From contig JAAOMT010000430.1 in the NCBI GenBank assembly GCA_016748015.1, positions 90,232 through 154,231 on the forward strand: 64,000 nucleotides of DNA, given 5' to 3'. Of the stretch, positions 52,760-64,000 are shown piece by piece. Below the pieces are notes generated by a model that worked only from the letters and a program-made list of their open reading frames with translations, made no database searches and was not told where the DNA came from. The DNA is from Geosiphon pyriformis uo1 (taxonomy: Eukaryota; Fungi; Glomeromycota). The position numbers were made by a program, and so were the translations under genes. The number at the start of each line of letters is the position of its first letter. Position 1 is the first letter of the stretch.

Positions 52760-55700
52760 ATTGTTTTATTTGTCTTGTTGTTTTGGTCTGACAAATCTTT
52801 TTAATATACAAGGTCTGCAGTAATATTTGGTGATGATTGGCCATTTTTCATTGTTTCTGATATATATGCTCATAGAAAATAACTTTTTCTCACAGTTAAC
52901 ACAAATTAATTTTGGGATTTGATATTATTGATTTCCTTGATTTGGAGTAAGATAGCCTACAGGTGCCAATTGTAGTTTTTCTTCTGCTTTTCTCTTGCTT
53001 TTTTCTTCTCAAGTTGGTAATAAAGGTAACTCTGCTCAGTAATTGTCAGCCCAAAAAACTTAATAGGTCTCTATTATTGGTAGTAGTATTGAGTCTTCAA
53101 ATTTAATCAACAGTTTTTCTGGGCTTTGAGCTTTGAAGTATCTACACATAGCCAGAACTCATACATGCTGTCTGTTAAAGATAATCTGTAATTCTTGCAT
53201 ATTCTAGTTGATGGTAACATTAACTTTGATTAACCAATTATTTTCTACAAGAGCTTAATATTGAGTGGCCTCCATAATAAGCACTTTGATGGGGATTTGA
53301 ATTTCATCAATTTCAAAGAGAAAATTGTCAATTTTTTCTATCAGGATTTTAGTATTTCCATCTGTAATTATGATTTGGGCAGTAGCTGCACAGTCTACTT
53401 GGTGATCTAGTTGATCTATGAGTTGCTTTATGATTATACTACTTGCTAATCTACTATCAAGAATTAATTTGATGTCCATGTTTTTAACTTTAGTGTTAAT
53501 ATACAAAACAGTTATTAGTTTATCTTGATTAATAGTGGCTCTACTGAAAAAACTATTGTTATTTAGATGGTCAATGTCAAAGAAAAAGATAGTGACAAGA
53601 GTAGTGTCTTCAGTAATAGTAATGAGTAGAATAGTATTATTGGTTTAATTTTGACTCAAAGAGTTGAGTATTTTTCTTATATCCTTCCTTTTTAAAGATG
53701 TAGAGCTAAAAAAACCTGGCTTTTAGTGAGACCAAGATATGAAACTTGATTTGGGTATTTGGTTGGTACTAGTTGAGATGAAGCATTATTCCAATTGAGA
53801 GGTTACAATAATTCACTGTTAATTTGCATTTAATTGTTGCTGAAGTTCTTTTATCCTTGGTTATAGTCAATTGTACGAGGTCTAAATAGATTATAGATAG
53901 AGTTTTGATACTGTGGTGCTACTTGAATTATTGACTGCAATGACTAATAGTAGTTCTGAGGCAGTTGTTAAGTATATGTAATTGGTTGTATGTATTAGGA
54001 CAGTAAATACTAGAACATAGGGTATTGGAGTTCTATTGCTTGGAGATATCTTAAGTGTTGATATTGAGTTCCTCAATTTTGGTCTGCTAATTTCTGTCGG
54101 CAATCCTAAACAATATGTTCAGGTTTTTGGTAATAATAACAATTGCAAGAATCAGATCTCCAAGGTTGTTGTTGTTGCTAACATTCCTGTTGTTGGTAAT
54201 ATTTACTGCTGTTATTGTTTCTTTGTTGGGGTAACTGATAAGTTTTCGTGGTACTGGTTAAGAATCCCTCAATTTTTTGAGTTAATTTTTCACTTAATTG
54301 AGTTATTTTTGCATCAATGTTTATGGTTTTATTGATAGCTAAATTAACAGCTTGGATATGATTGGTTTCTTGTTTTGCTAACTTAAAATTACAAGCAAGG
54401 GTAACAGCATCTGGTAAATTTGTTGGATGTTGGAGTCTCATAGATTTTAGGAGGCTGTTCCTTAATTTCTTGACAAATTAATTAAAAACTTGCATCTTAG
54501 TGTAATAGTCTTTTTCAATTGCCAATATTTGACAAAGAACTTGGTTGAATTGTCCAAGATAAATAGTCACTGCTTTGTGGTATTTTTGTTTTATTATACT
54601 AAATTGATTCTGTAATCTGATAAGAGTATTAGGATTGCAAAAGTATTTTAGAAAGACAAGTTTAAAAGTAGTGAAGTTGGTTGGTTTTTCTGTTAGGCTT
54701 TGATATCATAAGTTTGTAATTTCTGTTAAAAAAAAAGGTAGAGCTTGAATGGTCTTAGTATTATCCCAGTTGTTAGTAATAATATCTTAGTAAGCCATAA
54801 TCTGGTGGGTAAGTGGAGTTTTACTAGTTAATGCTAAGGGATTTAGTGTTTGCATGCTAGGAGATTCTTCTGGTGCTAAGGCTGGTTGTTTTTTTTGTTC
54901 TTGAAATTGCTCAATTGTTTGATGAATGTTTTCTCTATTAATGTGGTTGTTAATTCTGTTAGAGTTTGTGCTCTCAGTGGTTTCCAAGTTGATGTATCTT
55001 CTCCTGTTTTACTAGCTGTAAGGATTAGATTTCTAAACAATGATCCGTATTTTCCTAAGAATCTGGTCTAATTGTTGTAATCTTATAGGTGTTAATTTCC
55101 AGAAGTTTGTGGTGTTCTTGCCTAAATTTTCATGGTTGGATTAAATATAATTCTACTTTCTGGTATCTAATGATATAGTGAAGTTGTTGAAGAAAGGAAT
55201 CTTGGTATCTTGTTGATTGTGGAGTGAACTTGTTTTTGTGCAGCTGCTGTGCTATCAGATTTGGACTTGCATTTTTCAGGATTAGGCCTTGCTGATTGTT
55301 TTACTTAAAAGTAATGTTTTTCTGTATAATACTCAATGTCTTTATTGAGTATACAAAGAGTTTTGGCTATGGCTCAAGTAGTAGTATTCATTGAGTTGGC
55401 TAATAATTTTTGATGAATTTGTTCTTTAAGTTTTCCAATGTCTGTTATTTGGCCTAGAAAGCAGTTAATTTTTGCATGCAAATAGTCACAAAATTGGTTT
55501 TTTGTGATAATAGTTTCTGTGAGTATTTTTAAGTCTTTTTGAAAGTATTAAAATAATGCTTTTCTATACAGAGTGTGATCTTTTTCTACTGTTTCAATAG
55601 TTGTCACTTTTGTAAATTTTCGAAGTGCTCTGTTTTTGTAGATTTTATAATCTTACAAAAAGCACTAAATGTTACAAATAAACTTAGTGAAATAGAAAAA

Positions 55701-56050
55701 TAGTAACATTTGGTGCTCTCAATTATCAGTAATGTATGTTTCACATAATTTTATTGATTTAGTCTTGATTATCAATTTCTGAAAGTCTTATTTACTGGTT
55801 GTGAATTTATCTGTTAAGTTTTTTGGTTATAAGACATAGAGGTTTGGCTTTCATTGATTGCAACTTCTTATAAATATAAGCTATCTTCTCTGAGCTAATA
55901 AGCATAATTATTAGAGTCTGGTATTGTCTTTTCACTTTTCTGGTAAGCTACCAAAATAATATTAATATTCAAAACTTAGAAAGAGCTTCCTTTTTTTATT
56001 AGGCTATCATGAAGTTTATTCCCAAATAGTTGATTTTATTATGTTGTTGT
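52760..56050 (-). mobile_element. 3'-truncated Ty3/Gypsy LTR retrotransposon (5' LTR ~55670-56050, PBS, gag, protease)
   Basis: Minus-strand junction tgtaaca|tttagtgctttttgtaag at ~55670; gag NNWDNTKTIQALPFFL...RLQHPTNLPDAVTLA; protease IKLILDSRLASSII...IPIKVLIMEATQY (53255-53506); ends in the Cys-rich region CVNCEKK..YYCRPC. The LTR's outer boundary is approximate. Confidence 0.85.
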
Positions 56051-56054
56051 TCCA

Positions 56055-56118
56055 TAAAAAAAAAAATAAAAAAATAAAAAAATAAAAAAAATAAAAAACA
56101 AAAAAAAACAAAAAAAAA
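56055..56118 (+). repeat. A-rich simple repeat (A7-8 T/C)n
   Basis: aaaaaataaaaaaataaaaaaataaaaaaaataaaaaacaaaaaaaaac. Confidence 0.85.
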
Positions 56119-56431
56119 TGAATTAGTATCATTAATTGCCATAATCAAGAGCAATTAGTCCAAATTGTTAATGGTTCAAGATAATTATGCTAAGAGCATT
56201 TGTCCTGGAACAAAGATATAAACCAATAATTTATTTACATGAAGTTCACAAAGTTTGAAAACATAAATTCATGATTCTAATTTCTTAATAATTAATTTAT
56301 TTTAAAAGATGAATATAAAATAAAATAAATGATAGAAAGTGTAAGGATATTTGATTTTTGTCTAGTGATTTGTATCTTTTATTACTCATAGAATATAGGA
56401 AATATATTAGCACATAAATTAGCCAATTAGA

Positions 56432-56836
56432 TGTAACCATAGTAAATGTAGAATTCCAGAATTTTTCTCAAAAGAATTGCAAGATTCCAGGAATTTCAGA
56501 ATTTTCATATAAGGAATTGCAAGATTCCAAAATTCTAGGATTCTTTTCAAAGGAATTGCAAGATTCCAGGAATTCCAGAATTCCTGAGGTGAAGAATTGA
56601 GGAATTGAGGAATCTCAATTATGTATATATAGTGGTAGTATTAGAAGTAAAAAAGACAGACCTTTTAGTTTAGATTTAATCTAAGCAATCTTCCAATTCA
56701 CAAATATCAATAAATAATTATTCTCTATCTTTAATTCACTCTCCACTATCAACACTTCATGTTGATAGTGATCAATACTTAACCACACTGGAACAATAGC
56801 TCTTGATCATGACTATTGATGGGATACTAACTTACA
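56432..56836 (+). mobile_element. Probable solo LTR of another family, with internal ~41-bp tandem repeats
   Basis: tgtaa...ttaca termini, tatatata box at ~56624, aataaa at ~56709, gaattgcaagattcca recurring three times (~56474-56570); no exact TSD. Confidence 0.6.
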
Positions 56837-56940
56837 ATTGCTTTTACTCATTTTTTTATCTTCTTTTATTTTTTTCTATTTTCTTTTTGTTATTTCTTTG
56901 GTTTTACTAATTGATTAAGGATTAAGTGCTAAAGTACAGA

Positions 56941-57231
56941 TGTCATAAAAACTGGTAAAAAACCTGTAAAACAAAAGTAGAACACTTATAGATTTGAGAA
57001 TAGCTTATCAAGAAAATTACCAGCCATCATACTAAAAAAAAAATTTGACGGAATTGTGATTCCAAAAGGCTACTGAAAACAATACTTGAATCTTTGTCTA
57101 TTATACAAAGAACTCAACAAAAATCTTCAGATACAAACAACCTTTAGATAATATTAACACCAGAATATTAATCAAGCACCAAGTTACAGGTTTGTTATTT
57201 GATTTGAGATCCCAAATAATCATCTGTAACA
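56941..57231 (+). repeat. 5' LTR of the Ty3/Gypsy element (5' boundary tentative)
   Basis: tgtca...gtaaca termini immediately followed by the PBS. Confidence 0.6.
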
Positions 57232-57233
57232 TT

Positions 57234-57250
57234 TGGTGCTCTCTGTGAGG
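57234..57250 (+). promoter_or_regulatory. Primer-binding site tggtgctctctgtgagg
   Basis: TGG-initiated, 2 nt after the LTR end; complementary to a tRNA-like 3' end (..CCUCAC..GAGCACCA, Ile(UAU)/Met-like; identity uncertain). Confidence 0.8.
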
Positions 57251-58259
57251 TATAATCTTACAAAAAACCAGCACCAACTACACCCATCCAAAAGTGACAG
57301 AATCAGAATCAATAGAAGCAAACTATTTAAGATTTGCAAAATCCTTATTTTAACACTACTGTTAATATTTGGGATTAAACCACAATCACATATTAGCGAA
57401 ATTAGCCTTCAATTTTTATGTTAATAAGAGAATTGTTTATCTGTTAGGAACACTAGTAAATACCAAGTCAGCAAGAGAAACCTTTTACAATAAATTAATT
57501 CAAAATACTAGCCTACCAACAAATCACAATTTTGCATTTATTATCACAGAAATCAATAAAGAAATTGAATATTACACCCAACAAAGATACCTAATTATAT
57601 ATGCCAGTAAAGGAAAAAGAAAACTGCAAACACTGACAATAACACCCCAAAGGATACAACCACCTACTTGGAAGAAAACCAGAGTTGAGTCACCAAGCAA
57701 CCCATCCTACTACTATATACTTGGAAATGTTATCAACATAACATCAGTAGGCATATTCACATCAAATACAACATTAACATTTAGACAACTCCCATTTTAA
57801 AGTAAACAAAAAAAAGCAGAATTACTAGAAATCTATGGCAATTATTTTAAAGAATTTAAATCGTGATCACCAACACCATCAAAATTCCAATCACCATCAC
57901 CTCAACCAGATTTTGGAAACACAAGTCTTTGGGAGATAATGGAATCAGAAGAGGAGGAAGAAAAAGAAGCTGAAGATCAAGAATTTATCTACCAGAACCC
58001 AATTCCGAAAAACTCAAACATTGAAACCTCAAACTTTCAGACTTAGCAAAATCCAAATTTAGAAAATCCAAAAGTTAAAACTCCAAATTTTCAAACTCAG
58101 CAAAATCAGAACAATTAAAATCTTGACATTAATAATTAACAATACTTAACTCCAGTAATTATTATCAACCCACCACCAATTGCTCCACAACAACAACCAC
58201 TGTCATAACCCCAAATTCAATTACTACTTCAATCACCATAGCAAATAAACTTGAATCAA

Positions 58260-59040
58260 ATGGCTTACATTTCAATAGCAAAACTCAAAAAGTTTACCAG
58301 TAAAGAAGATGACACCCAAGTATGACTGAATAATGTGAAAAAAGCCATTACAGTCAATGAATGGGATGATGCCAGAGCCATGCAAACCATCTTCTATTTT
58401 CTCCAGAATACCGCCAATTCATGATACCAAAGCTTGGTTAACAAATCCCAAGATTTTAATGCATTTAAGCTTGTATTCCTATAATATTTTAGTAATAATA
58501 ACAGTATTAATCACCTAGTCAATACTTTTACCACCATTAAACAAAGAGAAACTGAAGCAGTCACCACTTATTTGGGACATTTTCATAGAAACTTGTGCCA
58601 AATTTAAGCAATTCAAGCTGACTACTTTACAGTGCCACTGATTCTAAACCAGTTTATTTGTGAACTACACAATAGCATCTTCTAACGTGTACACCTAATG
58701 TATTCAGCAGACCTTTAAGCTGCAGTTACAAACACCAGAGATTTTGAAGCAGCTAAACTTGAAGCTAACTATGCCCAAGCCATAAATTTAGTAATGAACA
58801 GATTATCTGAATTGAATTCTAAGTTGAAACAATTCAGTAATTTTATCAACCAGAAATTAGAAGGATACTTAACTAACAATCAAGCAGTTTATCAACCTTT
58901 ATAATAACACAATAATCAAGGAAACACAAATCATTTCCAAAATCAATTGCATCTATTATCTTCCACCAATCAACAGTGGCAACAGGAGATGTATGTTTGC
59001 CACTACTGTGGTAAACAAGGACATTTGAGAATTGACTGCA
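58260..59040 (+). pseudogene. gag: Gag capsid domain and CCHC zinc knuckle
   Basis: MAYISIAKLKKFTSKEDDTQV*LNNV..NEWDDARAMQTIFYFLQ..; CHYCGKQGHLRIDC at 58998-59039. Confidence 0.9.
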
Positions 59041-59639
59041 GTTAAGGATAGAAAACCAATAATCAGAAAATCAATATCAAAATCCTGATTGCTGGTTTTA
59101 AACTTTAAGTTATCAATCCAACCCAGTACCATATTAACCAAATTACCTACCTATAATGCAGCAGCCAATTTATCAACCACCAGTATATCAAGCTCTACTC
59201 TATCAACCAGCAGCACCAGTTATTTATCAACTGCAGCCACAAGTAATATATTAACAACCACCAATTCCAACACTGCCATCAAACTCAGCTCAGATAACAT
59301 CTGGAAATTTCAGATCAAGAGTCATTCAAAACTGGAAATCAGCAATAGTTGTTCACCAACCAATTCCCAGTTCATCCAACCAGCCATTAGAATTATGGCA
59401 GTGGAGTTCAGAAACTGGGTATACTCAAAACCCAAGTTCCCAAAACTATTTAAGTTTCTTGGTTATCCCAGAAAACACTTTATCCAACAACTTAGAAACA
59501 AACCAGAAATCACTTACCAGCAACATACCACTAGTTACCATCATGAAAAACGAGTTACTTACAGCTATATTCCCCTTCGAAATTGAAGAACCATTAGCAA
59601 CTCCATTGTTCAATGGGGCTGTACTCAAGAAAAAACCAA

Positions 59640-59960
59640 TTACCACCATATACATTAACACCAAAGTAAATGGCCATACTATCAAACTTATCATTAATAG
59701 TGAGTCAACAGACAACATTATCACATGACAACTTATGAACCAATTAGGTTGCCAAGTTGATTATGCTGCTAGTGCCAAGATAATAATGGCTGATGGAGTG
59801 ACTAAAACTTCTATTGATGAGATTAATAATTTTCTCTTTAAAGTGAATAGTATTATTACTCTAATCAAAGTTTTGGTAATAGAGACTATGCAGTATCAAG
59901 CACTAGTTGGTAATGACTGGCTAGTTAAAACAAATGCCATGCTTGACTGGAACATGTAGA
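59640..59960 (+). pseudogene. Retropepsin aspartic protease (decayed)
   Basis: VNGHTIKLIINSES (from ILDSGS)...ADGVTK...QALVGNDWL. Confidence 0.85.
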
Positions 59961-61224
59961 AACTACAGCTTAGTCAGAATGGTCAACACATATGTGTACT
60001 TGCCACATGTGGACACTTCAAACCCATCACCACACCATCAGCTCCACTTATTGAATTCAAGGAAAAAAAAGAGAAACCTATCTGGAAAGCCTATTAAGTG
60101 TCTTGGGCTGACAAAGATCACAACAAGCTACTACCAATACTCTCTTGAGATAACAATAGAAAAGGAAAATAAAAAAAAGAACTTACCTAATATGCTGACC
60201 AAGCCTGGAAAACCGACAATGATTAAAACAAATTAACAACAACTTGGAAGTAAAAAGAAGACAATTATGAGGGAAAAGGAAAAAAGAAAGAAAAAGATCT
60301 AACACCAACCACCACTTACCAATCATATACTTACACTTAACCACAATCATCTAATTATCATTGACCAAAATTAAAGTGTGTCAATTGTGACAAGAAACTG
60401 TTGTCAATGGGTGCATGCTGTGGCAACAATGAGGAATACCAAATAACAACTAAGTTCTATTGCCACCCATGCCTTATTGAATGCTTTAAAAAACCAAAAT
60501 GAGTAGAAAAATGAGATAATAAGCCATATTTGGCTTGTGGAGAAACTCTTTTTAATAAAGAAATATGGAACGACATTCCTGGAAAAGGAAGAACATATGA
60601 CAAATTGTGTCAATACATGATTCTCATAAGCAACTGAATAAGAAAAAGAATGCCCATAGATGCTGCTTAGAGATGAGCAGTCAAATGCTTGAATGGTTGT
60701 TCACATAATAATAACAAAATTTGGCAAATGGCTCTTACCAAAATTGAAGAAACATTACCAGAAGAAATAAAGACAATCAAAAATAACCTACCAAAACCCA
60801 TAGAACTTGATTGGAACTCAGAACCAGTCATAAATCTTTTAGACCCAGAACAATTCTATGAACACTACCAAGAGCTAGCACTTACAAGAGAAGAGCAGAA
60901 GCAATGCTTGAAAAAAATCAACACTCGATTATGTAACCACTGTTTGATCCCATGTAACTTTTAATATTGTAATGAGTGTAACCTCATTTACAATTTACCA
61001 ACATGCATGATCTACATGATCCTAAAAGAAAAAGAACCAATCAGCAGCTGTACATTAGAATTGAAATCAAATTTCAATCCTAATTCAAACTTTGACAATG
61101 ATGATGATAAAAACAATGATTTCAGTTCTGCCCAATATGGCAACAAAATTAATAATGATTTAAACTCCAATACAAATTCTGAAACATATATTGCACTTCT
61201 TGAACTTTTCAAAAAGCAGAAACT

Positions 61225-61655
61225 CAGATGGTTCAGTGATAATAATAAAGGTATTATACCAGAACATGTGCATGATACCAATACAGAGTTTGATCTAAGA
61301 TATTCAGGAAAAAATTCCATCAAATTGGAACCTTATTCATGTACTTGCATTGATCTTAAAATAGCACTGGAAATTTCAGCAACAACAATAGTTTATTTAG
61401 TATCTAAGAGTAACTTAGCCAAAAAAAGAATCAACATCAGAGGAGGAATAATTAACACAGGATACATAGGAAATATTATTGCTATGCTACAAAATAACTC
61501 AGAAAAAACATATATTATAGATCCAAACAAAAAAATAGCACAGGCAATATTTCTGCCTCTAGTTAAAATAGCTCAATTAATATTAGTGAAAAACAGGGAA
61601 GAATTAGAAATTACAGCTAGAGCGATACAGAGATTCAGATCAATGGGTAGAATAG
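61225..61655 (+). pseudogene. Retroelement-encoded dUTPase (decayed)
   Basis: PEHVHDTNTEFDL (motif 1), SKSNLAKK (motif 2), GGIINTGYIGNI (motif 3), KIAQAIF (motif 4), RAIQRFRSMG (motif 5, from RGxxGFGSTG). Confidence 0.9.
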
Positions 61656-62159
61656 ATGTACCAGTTAACATGACAGAGGAAAAAATTGTTAACAAGAAAG
61701 AAATTATTTCCACCTGTTAATTAATTTCTATTTCACCATATAATTAGTACATGGTAGTCATAGAGAGAAAAGTAAGGGATCAGATTCAAATTTTTGAGGC
61801 AGAAACAACACTTTGCAAATTAAGAGAGATTGGATTAGTTAATTTACACATACCAGCCAAGAACCACAGTCACATAAAAATTTCCATCTACAACAACACA
61901 AGAAATGTCATCAAGATACCAAAATGAACAACCATTGGATACTTAACCACTGAAATTAAAAACCAACTGCCAGACATCATTCCAGACTTTCTACAACTTT
62001 GTAGATATGTGGATATTACATTACAAACAATATATGAACAAAATAAATGTTATTTGCTCCAACCAGAACAATTGAAACAAATAAACATGAGATACTTAGA
62101 TCCATTACAATGTATACAGCTCAAAATGTTACTCAACAATTTTAATAACATTATTCAAC

Positions 62160-64000
62160 ATTAAATCAAAACTGGAGATGCATTGCCAATTAAACAGAGA
62201 GCATACAGAGTACTACTAGCTAGCCATGAGATCATTTATCAAGAAATCAATTGGATGCTTGACAATAGGCTAATTTAGCCATCAATGAATCCATAGTCAT
62301 CACCAGTAGTATTAGTCCATAAAAAGAATAGAAAAATCTGCTTTTGTGTGGATTACTGGAAACTGAATAGAGTAACAAAAAAAGACAGCTACCCAACTCC
62401 AAAGATCCAAGAATTTTTCGATGTTTTTGGAGAAAAAAAATGGTTTTCAATATTAAACTTAGACAATAGTTACTGACAAGTAGCCATAAAACCAGAAGAC
62501 AAAGAAAAAATAGTTTTTACAACTTAGAAAAGAAACTTTGAATTTGAAGTAATGTTATTTGGCTTGATAAATACTCCAGCCACTTTCCAGCAACTTATAG
62601 AAATTGTTTATACTAAACTACTATGAAAATTAGTAGTCATATACTTAGATAACACCAATGTGTTCTCAAAAACATTTGATGATTATCTGCATTATTTTTA
62701 ACAAGTGTTTAAAAGACTAAGAAGAGCTGGATTAAAGCTAAATGCAACCAAATGTTTCTTTGGAAAAACTGAACTCAAGTTTTTGGGACATATAGTGAGC
62801 CAAGATAGAATCAAAACAGATTCAGACAAGATTAAGATTGTCAAAAACTTTCTAGTACCAAATAATCTTACAGAATTGAGAACATTCTTGGGATTTGCTA
62901 GATACTACTGCTGCTTTATCAAGAATTTTTCCAAAATAGCTCAACCACTACACTAACTACAAACAAAAAACACTAAATATGAATAAACAGAAACTTAGCA
63001 AGAAGCTTTTAATACATTAAGAAAAAAACTTATTCAAGCTTTAGTACTGATCTATTCAGATCACAACAAGCCATTTATAATTACAACTGATACATTTGGT
63101 CAAGCATTGGAAGCAGTATTATTTTAGAAAAAACTGGATAGATGAGAACATCTAGTAGCTTATGCAAGTAGAAGCTTAAGTCCAGCAGAAAAAAACTATA
63201 GAACTCCAGCACTGGAATACTTAGCTATCTATTGGGCTGTTATCAAATAGAAAGAATACTTGAGTCAAAAGTTTGATGTGTACACTGATCACAAAAAATT
63301 GACTTCAATCCAGAAGCAAAAATTTGGAAACAATTGTCATGTCAGATGGAAAATAGAACTTTCACCATTTAATTATACAGTATATTATAAAAAAGGAAAA
63401 AAAAATGAAAATGCTGACAGATTGTTGCGAATAAAACAAATCTAAAAACATTTCAACCTAAAAATATAACAAAAGATGAATATACAAAAATACTAACAAC
63501 TCCAACATTATATAAATACCCAATTGTTCAAGGAGAAATTATCTCAAAAGAAATAAAAAAGCATAAAACAACAATCAAAATATTTTATCAACCATCAAAA
63601 TATACTTTATCAGAAGAACAAAAGAAATCCAAATTAACCAACCAGAGTAATTACAGAACCAGAGAAAGAGACAATATTATTCAACATGTACTCAGATCTA
63701 ACAGCAGGATATTTTCATAAAGAAGCAACCATGAAAAAAACCAGAAAAAGATATTATTAACTATCAATGTATTCAAACATCATCTAATATGTTCAAAATT
63801 GTGATGCTTGTTAGAAAAGAGGAGGAACAAAACCCAGTGAACCATTGAGACCAATCAAAGTGGGACAACCATTTGACCACATTAGAATTGACTTAGTTGG
63901 ATCATTAACAATCACCAGCAAAGACAACAAATATATTGCAGTAGTTATAAATTATTTTACAAAATGGCCAGAAGCAAAAGCCATTCAAAAAGCAGATGCA
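62160..64000 (+). pseudogene. pol: Pol: RT, RNase H and integrase N-terminus (decayed)
   Basis: P*SSPVVLVHKK..FCVDYWKLN, MLFGLINTPATFQ, VIYLDN (YxDD, ~62642), FLGHIVS; RNase H ITTDTFG..LGAVL..VAYASRSL..YTDHK; integrase YVQNCDAC, PFDHIRIDLVG, YFTKWPEA. Confidence 0.92.

Larger units (their letters stand above)
56941..64000 (+). mobile_element. dUTPase-bearing Ty3/Gypsy LTR retrotransposon, decayed, running off the window end
   Basis: Order 5' LTR, PBS, gag, protease, Cys-rich region, dUTPase, RT, RNase H, integrase (RT-RH-IN is the Ty3/Gypsy order); numerous TGA/TAA stops. Confidence 0.95.

Noticed and set aside
56055-56118. Poly(A) tail of a LINE or retrocopy
   Set aside because: No plus-strand LINE 3' end or TSD is recognisable upstream; kept only as a simple repeat.
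59092-59103. TTTAAAC as the gag-pol -1 frameshift heptamer
   Set aside because: Its phase does not fit a shift from the apparent gag frame into the downstream ORF, and local indels obscure the frames.

Overview
Very AT-rich eukaryotic DNA with spliceosomal introns. The gene families (Crinkler-type SAM-REase-kinase, Sel1-kinase, BTB/TLDc, class 3 lipase, dUTPase-bearing Ty3/Gypsy) point to a Glomeromycotina fungus, possibly Geosiphon-like; this is my recognition, not a database result. Most of the window is decayed pseudogenes and eroded LINE and Ty3/Gypsy relics with heavy C>T/G>A (largely CpG) decay. One CpG-rich, little-eroded island (~37.0-46.5 kb) stands out. Its left part is a virus-like module, all on the + strand: an A32/FtsK-HerA-type packaging ATPase fragment, an Arg/Ser-rich exon, an apparently intact spliced PD-(D/E)xK nuclease gene and a herpes UL9-like SF2 helicase. 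Its right part, directly abutting, is an endonuclease-less Penelope-like retroelement ending in degenerate (CCCTAA)n telomeric repeats. Other points: a second Crinkler paralogue split by a ~2.76-kb inversion, and two Ty3/Gypsy LTRs carrying an internal complement of their own LTR-end/PBS junction. Coordinates of degenerate relics are approximate.
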